Source of the DNA: Candidatus Magasanikiibacteriota bacterium
GTDB lineage: Bacteria; Patescibacteriota; Patescibacteriia; Magasanikbacterales; UBA922
Assembly (NCBI GenBank): GCA_014729395.1
Contig: WJJZ01000002.1
Span: 64,673 to 128,672, forward strand
Reading direction: 5' to 3'
Length of the DNA stretch: 64,000 nt
The notes under the pieces were generated by a model. That model was given only the letters and a program-made list of their open reading frames with translations. It made no database searches and had not been told where the DNA came from. The position numbers and the translations under genes were made by a program. Shown here piece by piece: positions 32,646 through 41,756 of the stretch (within the stretch, counting starts at the first letter, position 1; every line of letters starts with the position of its first letter).

Positions 32646-34715
32646 TTGGTAATTGATCAATCGTTTTTTTGTTCAAAAACCTTTTCTTTTGTGTCTTCAA
32701 CAATTATAGAAAAAATTAAAAAAAATATTAACTTGCTTGTTTCGCAAATAAAAAGAAAAAAGAAGCGATCTTTTGTTGATGCCGAACATGATATAAAATT
32801 ATTACGCAACGCTCACGGACGTAAATTTCCCAGTCTTAAACAGCTAATTAAATTTAAAAAAGTATTAAACAAACGGGAAAAATTTTTTCTGAATTTAGCA
32901 TTTGTTTTTTTTGCGATAGCCATTGTATGGTTCGGAATTGATTTTGTGGCTAAAAACAGAACCAAAGTTCCTGCAGTAGGGGGTACTTATATAGAAGCTG
33001 TCGTCGGTTCTCCGGAGTTAATAAATCCGGTTTTTGCAAGTATGAATGACGTTGACTTTGATATAAGCAGATTGGTTTTTTCCGGATTGCTTCGTTATGA
33101 CGAAAAACAGAGATTGGTTCCGGATTTGGCTGTAAAGTATAATGTAAGTGAAGATGGTCGGGTTTATACCTTTGAATTAAAAAAAGATGTGGTATGGCAT
33201 GATGGCGAGCCTTTTTCAGCGAGAGATGTTGTTTTTACAATAGAAACAATACAAGATCCAAGTGTTAATAGTCCGCTTTTGGTAAGCTTTCAAGGGGTAA
33301 AAGCGGAAGCTATTGATGATTATACGGTTCAATTTACTCTGCAAGAGTCTTTTCCGCCATTTGTATCCAGCTTGACTCTGGGAATACTGCCGGAGCATAT
33401 TTGGGCATCAATTCCCGCTGAAAGAATGAAATTGGCTCAGCAAAATTGGCAGCCCATTGGCACCGGACCTTTTATTTTTACAAATTTAGCTAAGGACGAA
33501 TCCGGATATATCTACAGCTATAGTTTGAGCAGGTATGATAAGTATTACAGGCAAAGTCCTTTTATTGAAGAATTTATTTTTCAATTTTATCCTGAATATG
33601 CCGGACCGGCCGGTGCTATTGAAGCATTGAGAAGTCAAAAAGTGGATGGAATAAGTTTTGTTCCCTCTGATTTAAAAGAAAAAGTAGCTCGAAAACATAT
33701 CAACTTGCACACTTTGCAATTACCGCAGTACACAGCTTTGTTTTTTAATGCCGAGAAGCAGAGTTTGCTTGAAGATTTGGATTTCAAAACATCTCTTGCT
33801 AAAGCGATTGATAAGGATAGAATTTTGCGGGATGTTTTAAAAGGGGATGGTCAGATAATATACAGCCCAATTTTGCCCGGATTCCCCGGATTTAATCCTG
33901 AGATAGAAAAAGTAAATTATTCAACCGAAGAAGCCAATGCAATATTGGATGAGATGTGGGAGAGGATTACATATTCAGATTATAGGCAAGAACGAAAAGA
34001 ATTCATGCTTTCCAAGTGGGAGACTGTTTATGATGAGGAGCATCAGGAAAGCAGCACTTCTACCGAAGACAACACGGAAAACAGCGATGAAGCCAAAGAA
34101 ATGGCGAGAAGAGAAATGGAAGCTGAAATTGATAAGCAGCTGGATGAAGAATTGAATGAAGCACAGATTTTTTTCAGAAAAGACGACGATGGCAATTTGA
34201 TTCAATTAAATTTGGTTACAGCCGATACCCAGGAGTACAGACAAGTAGCCCAACTTATTGCCGGATTTTGGCAGGAAATTGGAATAAAGACGAATTTGAA
34301 ATTCGTTCCTTCACGCAGTATTTCAAGAGAGGTATTGAGAGAAAGGGACTATGATGTTTTACTCTATGGAGAGATAATCGGAAGTGATCCGGATCAGTAT
34401 CCTTTTTGGCATTCCAGTCAAATAGAATTTCCCGGTTTAAATTTAAGTTTATATGAAAATGAAAGAGTGGACGAAATTTTGGAAGAAGCCAGAGAAACCA
34501 GTGATCAGGATAAGATAGTGGAATTATATCAGGAGTTTGAGGATATTATTCTAGAGGAAAAACCGGCTGTGTTTTTATACATGCCAACATATACTTATGC
34601 GACCACAGATGAGATAAAAGGTTTTGATGTTACCAGGATTTCCAATCCGGCTGATCGGTTCGCCGATGTCACTACATGGTACATTGAAACAGACGGAAGG
34701 TGGGATTTTAAATAG
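32646..34715 (+). CDS. Extracellular solute-binding protein family 5 (peptide/oligopeptide OppA/DppA-like), membrane-anchored
   Basis: 689 aa. N-terminal transmembrane helix, then a family-5 SBP core (GGTYIEAVVGSPELINPV..., LVPDLAVKYNVSEDGRVYTFELKKDVVWHDG). No permease genes are adjacent. Confidence 0.7.
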   Translation: MVIDQSFFCSKTFSFVSSTIIEKIKKNINLLVSQIKRKKKRSFVDAEHDIKLLRNAHGRKFPSLKQLIKFKKVLNKREKFFLNLAFVFFAIAIVWFGIDFVAKNRTKVPAVGGTYIEAVVGSPELINPVFASMNDVDFDISRLVFSGLLRYDEKQRLVPDLAVKYNVSEDGRVYTFELKKDVVWHDGEPFSARDVVFTIETIQDPSVNSPLLVSFQGVKAEAIDDYTVQFTLQESFPPFVSSLTLGILPEHIWASIPAERMKLAQQNWQPIGTGPFIFTNLAKDESGYIYSYSLSRYDKYYRQSPFIEEFIFQFYPEYAGPAGAIEALRSQKVDGISFVPSDLKEKVARKHINLHTLQLPQYTALFFNAEKQSLLEDLDFKTSLAKAIDKDRILRDVLKGDGQIIYSPILPGFPGFNPEIEKVNYSTEEANAILDEMWERITYSDYRQERKEFMLSKWETVYDEEHQESSTSTEDNTENSDEAKEMARREMEAEIDKQLDEELNEAQIFFRKDDDGNLIQLNLVTADTQEYRQVAQLIAGFWQEIGIKTNLKFVPSRSISREVLRERDYDVLLYGEIIGSDPDQYPFWHSSQIEFPGLNLSLYENERVDEILEEARETSDQDKIVELYQEFEDIILEEKPAVFLYMPTYTYATTDEIKGFDVTRISNPADRFADVTTWYIETDGRWDFK

Positions 34716-34852
34716 TAGTTTTCAGTTCGCAGCCAACAGTTCGCAGACGTTGTTGTTAGTTAGATATATTGCACTATATCAGACATAAACAATGTTTGTT
34801 GTCTGCGCACTGTGAACTGTAGACTGTGTACTGTGTACTGTGAACTGACAAA
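34716..34852. repeat. Copy c of the CAGTTCnCAG repeat family (CAGTTCGCAGCCAACAGTTCGCAG ... CTGTGAACTGTAGACTGTGTACTGTGTACTGTGAACTG), immediately upstream of tRNA-Leu
   Basis: It has terminal inverted GTTCGCAG / CTGTGAAC motifs and the shared CCAACAG core. Confidence 0.55.
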
Positions 34853-34940
34853 GCCGAAGTGGCGGAATTGGTAGACGCGCTAGCTTCAGGAGCTAGTTCC
34901 CACCTTGGGAGTGCGAGTTCAACTCTCGCCTTCGGCACCA
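34853..34940 (+). tRNA. tRNA-Leu (anticodon CAG), type II with a long variable arm, CCA encoded
   Basis: Hand-folded. Acceptor GCCGAAG/CTTCGGC, anticodon stem CTAGC/GCTAG with loop TTCAGGA, variable arm, T-arm GCGAG-TTCAACT-CTCGC, then ACCA. Confidence 0.85.
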
Positions 34941-35040
34941 GTATTTGTTATCTTCTTTTATAAGAAAAAATTTTATTAAACATTATTTCATTCAAAGCTT
35001 TTTAGCTTATATCTAATTACATCTTCTAAATAATTAATTT

Positions 35041-36891
35041 ATGCAGAAAACATCAAATATAACTCGTAACAGTGGTAGAAAATCTCATCAAAAAAGATCT
35101 TCTAATTCAAAAAGAAGGCCCGGTAGTTCGAGAAAAACAAATAAAAAGAGATCCAACAAGAAAAGAAGAAGTCATGTACAAGGAAAGAAAAGCGGACAAA
35201 AAGTAAATGGTAGCCCGCTCTATAAAAAAGGTGTCCTTCGGATAATCCCTCTTGGAGGTTGTGAAGAAGTGGGAAGAAATATGACTGTTTTTGAGTATGA
35301 GGGGGATATCGTAATTTTGGATATGGGACTCCAATTTCCGGAAGAGGATATGCCGGGAATAGATTTTATAATTCCAAATGTAAAATACTTGGAATCAAAG
35401 TCAAAAAAAATACGTGGAGTAATTTTTAGTCATGGTCATCTCGATCACATCGGCGCAGCGCCGATTTTGTTGGAAAAACTGGGTAATCCACCGATTATTG
35501 GTCGAGATTTAACTTTGGCATTGGTAAAACATAAGCAGGAAGATTATAAAAAGAATTCATCAAAGAAATTAAAAACCATTCGAATTGAAAAAATTAGCGA
35601 TGTCATTAAGTTGGGAAAGTTTAAAATTAAATTTTTTCAGGTTGAGCATTCAATTATGGATGCGGTCGGAGTTATTGTTGAAACACCCGGCGGAATTGCC
35701 ATCCATCCGGGAGATTGGACACTGGAGAGGGACAAGCGTGGTAAGCCGACAGTTGATTACAAGCATCTCAGAAAATTAAAAAAACCAACAGTTTTAATGC
35801 TGGAAAGCTTGGGAGCGGTAAACGAGAAAGCACACGGCAGTTATGAAGAAATGTACAAAAACTTATTAAACATTATTTCCAAATCGCCGGGCAGGGTAAT
35901 TATTGGAACTTTTTCTTCTCAAATTGAGAGAATCAAATGGATTTTGCAAGTAGCGCAAAAACTGGGTAAAAAAGTCGCGCTTGATGGCTATAGCATGAAA
36001 ATGAATGTTGAAATAGCTAAAAAGTTGGGATATTTAAAAATTAAAAAAGGACAGCTGGTCGACATCAGAAAAATAGATAAGTATCCTGATAAAAAGGTTA
36101 TAGTTATTGGAACGGGAGCCCAGGGAGAAGAAAATGCCGTTCTGATGAGAATTGTAAACGGTCAGCATAAATATATAAAACTAAAAAAACAGGATACGGT
36201 CATTTTTTCATCCTCTGTAATTCCCGGTAACGAAAGAAGTATTCAAAGACTAAAAGACAATATTTACAGACAGTGTGATAGAGTAATACATGGTGAAGTA
36301 ATGGATGTTCATGTTAGCGGACACGCCACCAGGGCTGATATTTGGGAAATGATTAGGCAGATCAAGCCGACATATTTTGTTCCGGTATATGCCAATCATT
36401 ATATGCTAAAAGAAGCTGCTTGGCTTGCTCGTGACAATGGCTTTAGGGAAGATAAAATCTTTGTTCCGGACAATGGTTCGGTTATTGAAATAAGTAAAAA
36501 AGATGGAAAAGTTTTGCAAAACAAGGTACCTAGCGACTATGTGTTTGTAGATGGCTTGGGTGTTACCGATACACAAAATATAGTACTTAGAGATAGACAG
36601 GTTCTGGCCGAAGACGGTATGGTGGTGGTGATTGCCACGCTAGATACTAAAACCGGAAAATTGGTGCAAAATCCCGATATAATCTCCAGAGGTTTTGTCT
36701 TTTTAAAAGAAAACAAACAGTTGATAGAAGACTTAAGGCATAAAGTAAAGAAGATGGTCATTGAATCAGACCCGCTAACTTGGGCGGATACAAATCAGAT
36801 AAAAAATGACATAAGAGATAAGGTGGGACAGTTTTTGTTTAGTAAAACTCAAAAAAGACCGATGGTGCTGCCGGTGGTTATAGAGGTCTAA
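35041..36891 (+). CDS. rnj: Ribonuclease J (metallo-beta-lactamase / beta-CASP) with a Lys/Arg-rich N-terminal extension
   Basis: IIPLGGCEEVGRNMTVFEYEGDIVILDMGLQFPE, HGHLDHIG, GDWTLER and beta-CASP motifs. The first ~55 aa are K/R/S-rich. Confidence 0.85.
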   Translation: MQKTSNITRNSGRKSHQKRSSNSKRRPGSSRKTNKKRSNKKRRSHVQGKKSGQKVNGSPLYKKGVLRIIPLGGCEEVGRNMTVFEYEGDIVILDMGLQFPEEDMPGIDFIIPNVKYLESKSKKIRGVIFSHGHLDHIGAAPILLEKLGNPPIIGRDLTLALVKHKQEDYKKNSSKKLKTIRIEKISDVIKLGKFKIKFFQVEHSIMDAVGVIVETPGGIAIHPGDWTLERDKRGKPTVDYKHLRKLKKPTVLMLESLGAVNEKAHGSYEEMYKNLLNIISKSPGRVIIGTFSSQIERIKWILQVAQKLGKKVALDGYSMKMNVEIAKKLGYLKIKKGQLVDIRKIDKYPDKKVIVIGTGAQGEENAVLMRIVNGQHKYIKLKKQDTVIFSSSVIPGNERSIQRLKDNIYRQCDRVIHGEVMDVHVSGHATRADIWEMIRQIKPTYFVPVYANHYMLKEAAWLARDNGFREDKIFVPDNGSVIEISKKDGKVLQNKVPSDYVFVDGLGVTDTQNIVLRDRQVLAEDGMVVVIATLDTKTGKLVQNPDIISRGFVFLKENKQLIEDLRHKVKKMVIESDPLTWADTNQIKNDIRDKVGQFLFSKTQKRPMVLPVVIEV

Positions 36892-36950
36892 CAGATTTGA
36901 CAAACAATTTAAAAAATATATTATAAGAACAGGTCTTTCAACCATAGGAG

Positions 36951-37211
36951 GTGCAGATGACAATTCAACCTAAAAAAGTAAAAGCGGGTCAGGAAACCAG
37001 AGTAAAGGGTCCGGAACGGATTGAGGTAATTTTCCGAAAAAGCAATGGCTGTACTGAAATGGGTTTCAGTTATACAAATGGTGATGAAGTTGGTTTTTTT
37101 GGAAGAGGTAATGAAGAGTTATTACAAAATTGTTTGAATAAGCATTTTTTGAGTCCGATTGAAACCACATTTGTGATTGAGCAGTATAGAAAAAATTTTC
37201 CGGCGGGATGA
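36951..37211 (+). CDS. Hypothetical small protein (strong SD AGGAGG upstream)
   Basis: 86 aa, preceded by AGGAGGTGCAG. Confidence 0.35.
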   Translation: MQMTIQPKKVKAGQETRVKGPERIEVIFRKSNGCTEMGFSYTNGDEVGFFGRGNEELLQNCLNKHFLSPIETTFVIEQYRKNFPAG

Positions 37212-37217
37212 ACTGAG

Positions 37218-37466
37218 ATGAGAGTGAAAGGAGAAAATATTCGCGACTCCATTTATATTCATAATGGGTTGTTGGAGGTTGAGTTTTTGCTGACTGAGAG
37301 TGGCCTATATATATTCTATTTCACTTGTTTTGGTGTGGAATACGGGCCGTTTTCAGACGATGAGGAATCTTTGGCGGCGTTCAACCACCTCTTGAATGAT
37401 TTGGAAATGGATATGGGGGCGAAAAAGTATTTACGCTCCCAGTATAGAAAGATTTTATTTTTCTGA
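37218..37466 (+). CDS. Hypothetical small protein
   Basis: 82 aa, followed by a strong terminator. Confidence 0.3.
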   Translation: MRVKGENIRDSIYIHNGLLEVEFLLTESGLYIFYFTCFGVEYGPFSDDEESLAAFNHLLNDLEMDMGAKKYLRSQYRKILFF

Positions 37467-37473
37467 CTATTCA

Positions 37474-37501
37474 GGGACGATCAATTCGTCCCCTTTTTTT
37501 C
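37474..37501 (+). terminator. Rho-independent terminator
   Basis: GGGACGA-TCAAT-TCGTCCC followed by TTTTTTTTT. Confidence 0.7.
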
Positions 37502-37511
37502 ACAATTATAT

Positions 37512-37540
37512 TTGACAAGCAAAATTTATATTTATATACT
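37512..37540 (+). promoter_or_regulatory. Sigma70-like promoter TTGACA-17-TATACT
   Basis: Exact consensus -35, 17-nt spacer, near-consensus -10, read directly. Confidence 0.6.
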
Positions 37541-37547
37541 CAATTTA

Positions 37548-37663
37548 GCAGCAAAATCTATGAATCAATTTAGAGTTAACAATTCTTGGTGGAAAGCCCG
37601 CTTGAGTGGGTAGGTTTTGTTTTTTCTTTTTTGCAGAATCGATCCGCTCCGGCGGGTTTTTTT
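37548..37663 (+). ncRNA. Candidate ~115-nt leader or small RNA ending in a terminator-like hairpin (CCGCTCCGGCGG plus T7), upstream of the GCS2-like gene
   Basis: A promoter 5' and a hairpin plus T-run 3', followed by the strong SD AAGGAGG of the downstream ORF. A riboswitch or attenuator is possible. Confidence 0.3.
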
Positions 37664-37718
37664 GTTTGTGGAATAATGCGTAGCGTGTAGATCGTTTTTT
37701 AAAAAAGGAGGAAAGAAG

Positions 37719-38477
37719 ATGGGAGTTTCAAACACGATACAGTACAATCCGGACATGGTCGGTTACTGGGGAGTGGAGTGGGAGATGTTTTTGCTCAATA
37801 GCGAAGGCCAATATTCTCCCAAAGCTTACGATTTTTTACAGAATGCCAAAAATTACTATGGGCATGAAAGGTGGACCTATGAATTATCCGCGTGTCAGGT
37901 AGAGTGCAGAACCGAGCCAAGTGCCGATCTTAGTGCCTTGGAGTTTGATTTGAGAGAAGCTAAAAAACAAGCTACTCATATCGGGCGAATTATTGGTTGT
38001 AAAACAGTCGGCATTGAGGTCGCCGATGACACACTGTCTTCAGATGTATATGATGATGACGAGCGATATCGGAAATTGGCCAAAACCATTCCACAGGATA
38101 GACTGCGGGCCGCTTGTTCGGTCGCCAATGTACAAGTACATATTGGGTGTCGGGATATTCATCATGCCATTGAAGTAAACAACAAGCTGGTGCCGCACCT
38201 GGAATTTCTTTCCGACATCGGAGATAATTCCAATGGAAACAGACTGAAGTTGTATAAACAAATGGCTAAAAATTGGCATCCGCAGATCTACCGAGATCCT
38301 GAACATTTTGATAAGGTGGCCGAGTCACAGGGGTTTGATCAGGATCTTCGGAATTGCTGGCACATGGTCAGGATCTCTCGGCACGGCACAGTGGAGCTAA
38401 GGATGTTTGGTAATTCGGATAGTGTTAATCACATTCTTTGTTGGGTCAAAGTTGTAGATTGGCTGCTCAAGCATTGA
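37719..38477 (+). CDS. Glutamate-cysteine ligase family 2 (YbdK-like carboxylate-amine ligase) homolog, short form
   Basis: It has WGVEWEMFLL, ELSACQVECRTEP and TVELRMFGNSD, which resemble GCS2 motifs. GC is higher than the surroundings. Confidence 0.45.
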   Translation: MGVSNTIQYNPDMVGYWGVEWEMFLLNSEGQYSPKAYDFLQNAKNYYGHERWTYELSACQVECRTEPSADLSALEFDLREAKKQATHIGRIIGCKTVGIEVADDTLSSDVYDDDERYRKLAKTIPQDRLRAACSVANVQVHIGCRDIHHAIEVNNKLVPHLEFLSDIGDNSNGNRLKLYKQMAKNWHPQIYRDPEHFDKVAESQGFDQDLRNCWHMVRISRHGTVELRMFGNSDSVNHILCWVKVVDWLLKH

Positions 38478-38598
38478 ATCTGTTCATTTTTGTATCTTGC
38501 TCTGCAGTTCTTTGGGGGGCTGCAGGGCATTACTTGTTTATACTGAGTTTTTACGATAGTATATATACAAATAAATAATATTCTTTTCGACTAATTTT

Positions 38599-39582
38599 AT
38601 GGCAAAACCAATCATTATATCAGGTATCCAACCCACAGGTAATCTCCATATTGGAAATTATTTGGGTGCGGTTAAAAATTGGGTGGAATTACAAAATTCC
38701 GGCAAATATGAAATGTATATTTTTATTGCCGACCTGCACTCCTTGACCGGTAATATGTCCGCTCTTGATAGACGAGAACAAATTATTAGAACTGCGGTTG
38801 AATTAATGGCCGCCGGGATTAACCCGGAGAAGACTGTATTTTTTGTACAGTCGCATATAACAGAACACAGTGAATTGGCCTGGATTTTTAATTGTGTTTG
38901 CCCCATATCTGAACTTGAAAGAATGACCCAATTCAAAGATAAGTCCGAACGACAAGTAAAAAATATCAATACCGGCTTGCTTACTTATCCGATTTTACAA
39001 GCGGCGGATATTTTGATGTATAAAGCGGCCAAAGTACCGGTTGGCCAAGACCAAATTCAACATATTGAGTTAACCCGCGATATTGCTCGCTGGTTTAATA
39101 ATCGTTTTGAAGACTACTTCCCCGAGACCGAACCACTCTTGACCGAAACCCCAAAAGTGATGAGTCTGCTTGAACCGGCCAAAAAGATGAGTAAAAGTTT
39201 GGGCGAGGGGCATGTGATTGAGTTGGCTGATGAACCCAAAGTAATTGAGAAAAAAATTAAAAAAGCGGTTACCGCGACCGAAGGCGGAGGAGAAGCTCCG
39301 GGAGTAGCAAATTTGTTATTGTTCCTGAAAAATTTTGCTGATAAGTCAGTTTATGATCAGTTTGTGGAAGAAGAAAAAACCGGCAAGATTCAGTATGGTG
39401 ATTTGAAAAAACAAGTCAGTGATTCAATATCAAGCTACTTTCAAAATTTTAGAGATATAAGAGAGGAATTAATGCTTGATCACGATAAAATAGCTGAAAC
39501 ATTGATTGTCGGAGCTGAAAAAGCGAGTGCGGTGGCGAAAAAGACAATGGAGGATGTGAGGAGAATGGTTGGGGTTAGGTGA
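38599..39582 (+). CDS. trpS: Tryptophan--tRNA ligase
   Basis: It has the HIGH motif (TGNLHIGNYLG) and KMSKS. Confidence 0.9.
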   Translation: MAKPIIISGIQPTGNLHIGNYLGAVKNWVELQNSGKYEMYIFIADLHSLTGNMSALDRREQIIRTAVELMAAGINPEKTVFFVQSHITEHSELAWIFNCVCPISELERMTQFKDKSERQVKNINTGLLTYPILQAADILMYKAAKVPVGQDQIQHIELTRDIARWFNNRFEDYFPETEPLLTETPKVMSLLEPAKKMSKSLGEGHVIELADEPKVIEKKIKKAVTATEGGGEAPGVANLLLFLKNFADKSVYDQFVEEEKTGKIQYGDLKKQVSDSISSYFQNFRDIREELMLDHDKIAETLIVGAEKASAVAKKTMEDVRRMVGVR

Positions 39583-39617
39583 TTGGAGACTGGAGATTGG
39601 AGATTGGTTCGATACTG

Positions 39618-39646
39618 TTGACTTTTTTATAGAAATCTATTATTAT
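39618..39646 (+). promoter_or_regulatory. Sigma70-like promoter TTGACT-17-TATTAT upstream of tRNA-Asn
   Basis: Read directly. Confidence 0.5.
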
Positions 39647-39652
39647 ATATGC

Positions 39653-39748
39653 ACTATGCAAAGAAAAAATAACAATAATAATTTTGAAGTCTCCTAGGCG
39701 GTGCATAGTTTTACATTACTAAACAAGCCCGCCGAGAGCGGGTTTTTC
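39653..39748 (+). ncRNA. Candidate ~95-nt small RNA or tRNA leader: long-range stem (ACTATGCA...TGCATAGT), then terminator GCCCGC-CGAGA-GCGGG plus T5
   Basis: A promoter upstream and an intrinsic terminator at the 3' end, immediately before tRNA-Asn. Confidence 0.3.
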
Positions 39749-39750
39749 AT

Positions 39751-39825
39751 TCCCAGATAGTTCAGCGGTAGAACACCACGCTGTTAACGTGGATGTCCCT
39801 GGTTCGAATCCAGGTCTGGGAGCCA
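39751..39825 (+). tRNA. tRNA-Asn (anticodon GTT), CCA encoded
   Basis: Hand-folded. Acceptor TCCCAGA/TCTGGGA, D-arm GTTC/GAAC, anticodon stem CCACG/CGTGG with loop CTGTTAA, T-arm CCTGG-TTCGAAT-CCAGG, then GCCA. Confidence 0.85.
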
Positions 39826-41406
39826 AGAGAGATTAAGCGAGGTTAAAGCCTCGTTTTTTCTTTTACTTAAGGGAAAATTTAGCGGTTCTAACCTTGTTAA
39901 TTTGTCGTTGTGATTTTTTGCGTTTTCTAAAATAGGGTTAAGCCAGTCATGCACTGAAATTAGCACTTTTTTGTCTTTAAATTCTCGGTTCGAACCTAAA
40001 CTTGTTACTATTTCTTTTTTCTTTGTTTTGTCGCCATTATTAAAGTCTTCCAAGGCATGAGCAGAGAAACAAAACCTTTCTTTTGTTAGTTCGATTGAAT
40101 CATTTTTTTTGTCCTCGTTATTATTTATATTTTTTAAGTTTGCAATTTGTTTTTCAAGTGTATTCTTTTGTTTTAAGAAATTATTGTCGTCAATCAACTT
40201 TTTACTTCTCATAATAATTAGTTCAGATAACTGATTTTTTAATTCTTCTAACTCGTTATTTTTATTTTTTTCAATAACCTTACTTTGAGATTTCTCTATT
40301 CCTTTCTGTTTATCTAAATGTTTCAAAGTTAAATCAAGAAAATGCGGATGTATAACTAACTTTTCTAATTTATCGGTAACATCTCTCGTTATCTCTTTTT
40401 CTTCAACCGAACCTTGTTTACAATTTGCCTCCTTCTTTTTGTGGGTGCAGTGATAATAACTATATCCTTTAACTTTATTTTTACTTTTAATATACTTTGT
40501 TTTATGTTCGGCTGTAATACTGCAACCGCAAACTGCACACTTAAACATGCCTGCATAAGTAAAATTTTGTTTAGTTGGCTGTCTTTTACATCCTCTTTTA
40601 CCAAGCAGTTCTTGAATACGATTAAATTCATCTAAGCTAAGTAAGGGCTTATGTTTACCTTTGCTTTCTTTGCCATTATAAACGATTATACCAGCGTAAA
40701 AAGGGTTAGATAATATTTTATACCAACTAGAACGAGATAAGCTCTTACCGCCTGATTTTTTCTTTTTCCGTGTTTTATAATGCCACTCATTATTTAAAAT
40801 ATCAAAAACTTCTTGGGCGGTATAAGCACCAGTTAAAAATAAGTCAAAAGCCTTTCTAAGAAGCGTTGACCTCTCTTTATCTACGATGATAGTCCGTTGA
40901 CCTTTCTCTAGTCGTAGATCGTTCAAATAGCCCTCTGGAGCAATCCCAGGTCGCCACCCTAAAGATATTTTTTTCTCCAAACCTCGTTTTACATCTTTAC
41001 CTAATTTTGAAGAAAAATATTGAGATTGAGAAAGGGCTAATTGCAACATCATTATACCCTCGGGAGAGTTATCAAAGTTATATGAAGCAAATTTTAAATC
41101 ATGGATAATCCCAGTTCTCACCAAGTATGTAATACTTGAAGCGTCAATTTCGTTTCGGCTTAATCTATCAGGATGCCATGCAATTATTCCTTGTGCCTCG
41201 CCTAATTTAATCCGTCTAATCATATCTTCAAAGACAGGTCGGTTATATGGTTTAAAGGCAGAGTGTTTTTCCTCCATGACTTCCACAATATCCAAATCAG
41301 GGTGAATTTCTTTCACTTTGTCTTTTTGGTTTTCTATTGATAATGCCTGTCGTTCATCGCCCTCGGTGGACTTTCGAACATAGGCAAAATATTTAGTTTG
41401 AGTATT
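39784..41406 (-). CDS. Large serine recombinase (integrase); 3' end overlaps the tRNA-Asn 3' end
   Basis: N-terminal resolvase domain (YVRKSTEGDERQ..., HPDRLSRN), recombinase domain, Cys4 zinc ribbon (CAVCGC...CTHK..C) and a C-terminal coiled coil. Start taken at MNTQTK. Confidence 0.8.
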   Translation of the reverse strand, partial: NTQTKYFAYVRKSTEGDERQALSIENQKDKVKEIHPDLDIVEVMEEKHSAFKPYNRPVFEDMIRRIKLGEAQGIIAWHPDRLSRNEIDASSITYLVRTGIIHDLKFASYNFDNSPEGIMMLQLALSQSQYFSSKLGKDVKRGLEKKISLGWRPGIAPEGYLNDLRLEKGQRTIIVDKERSTLLRKAFDLFLTGAYTAQEVFDILNNEWHYKTRKKKKSGGKSLSRSSWYKILSNPFYAGIIVYNGKESKGKHKPLLSLDEFNRIQELLGKRGCKRQPTKQNFTYAGMFKCAVCGCSITAEHKTKYIKSKNKVKGYSYYHCTHKKKEANCKQGSVEEKEITRDVTDKLEKLVIHPHFLDLTLKHLDKQKGIEKSQSKVIEKNKNNELEELKNQLSELIIMRSKKLIDDNNFLKQKNTLEKQIANLKNINNNEDKKNDSIELTKERFCFSAHALEDFNNGDKTKKKEIVTSLGSNREFKDKKVLISVHDWLNPILENAKNHNDKLTRLEPLNFPLSKRKNEALTSLNLSWLPDLDSNQGHPR

Positions 41407-41561
41407 CATAAAATTTATTAAAAACAAAAAGGGACGGTCGTGGAGACCCAACTAAACATTACCAAAAGCAATATTTGTCGGCACAAACCGCCCCTTTCTG
41501 GGGACAAATATAAAACAAAAGCTCTCGGTATTTAATTGTTTAGTTAGGTCTCACATTTATA

Positions 41562-41756
41562 CTAACAATAATCATCAGGATTATCAAGATGTTTACTGTA
41601 TTTTTTCCAGTTCTTTTTACTCATCGGCTTATAAGTAATTTTAACAAGCGTAATCAGGGCGGTAGCTTGTTCTAATGCCTCGGCTCTATCAAGGGTTTTT
41701 CCAAACTCTTGTTTATACAAAGCTATGAAGTCATTTAAAAATTCTTCTGTAATCAT
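41562..41756 (-). CDS. Hypothetical small protein encoded within the element
   Basis: 64 aa; overlaps the Rep stop codon by 4 nt. Confidence 0.3.
   Translation of the reverse strand: MITEEFLNDFIALYKQEFGKTLDRAEALEQATALITLVKITYKPMSKKNWKKYSKHLDNPDDYC

Noticed and set aside
39583-39612. GATTGGAGA x3 tandem repeat
   Set aside because: It overlaps the last codons and stop of trpS. It is short and has no partner copies, so it is probably a slippage artefact rather than a functional repeat.
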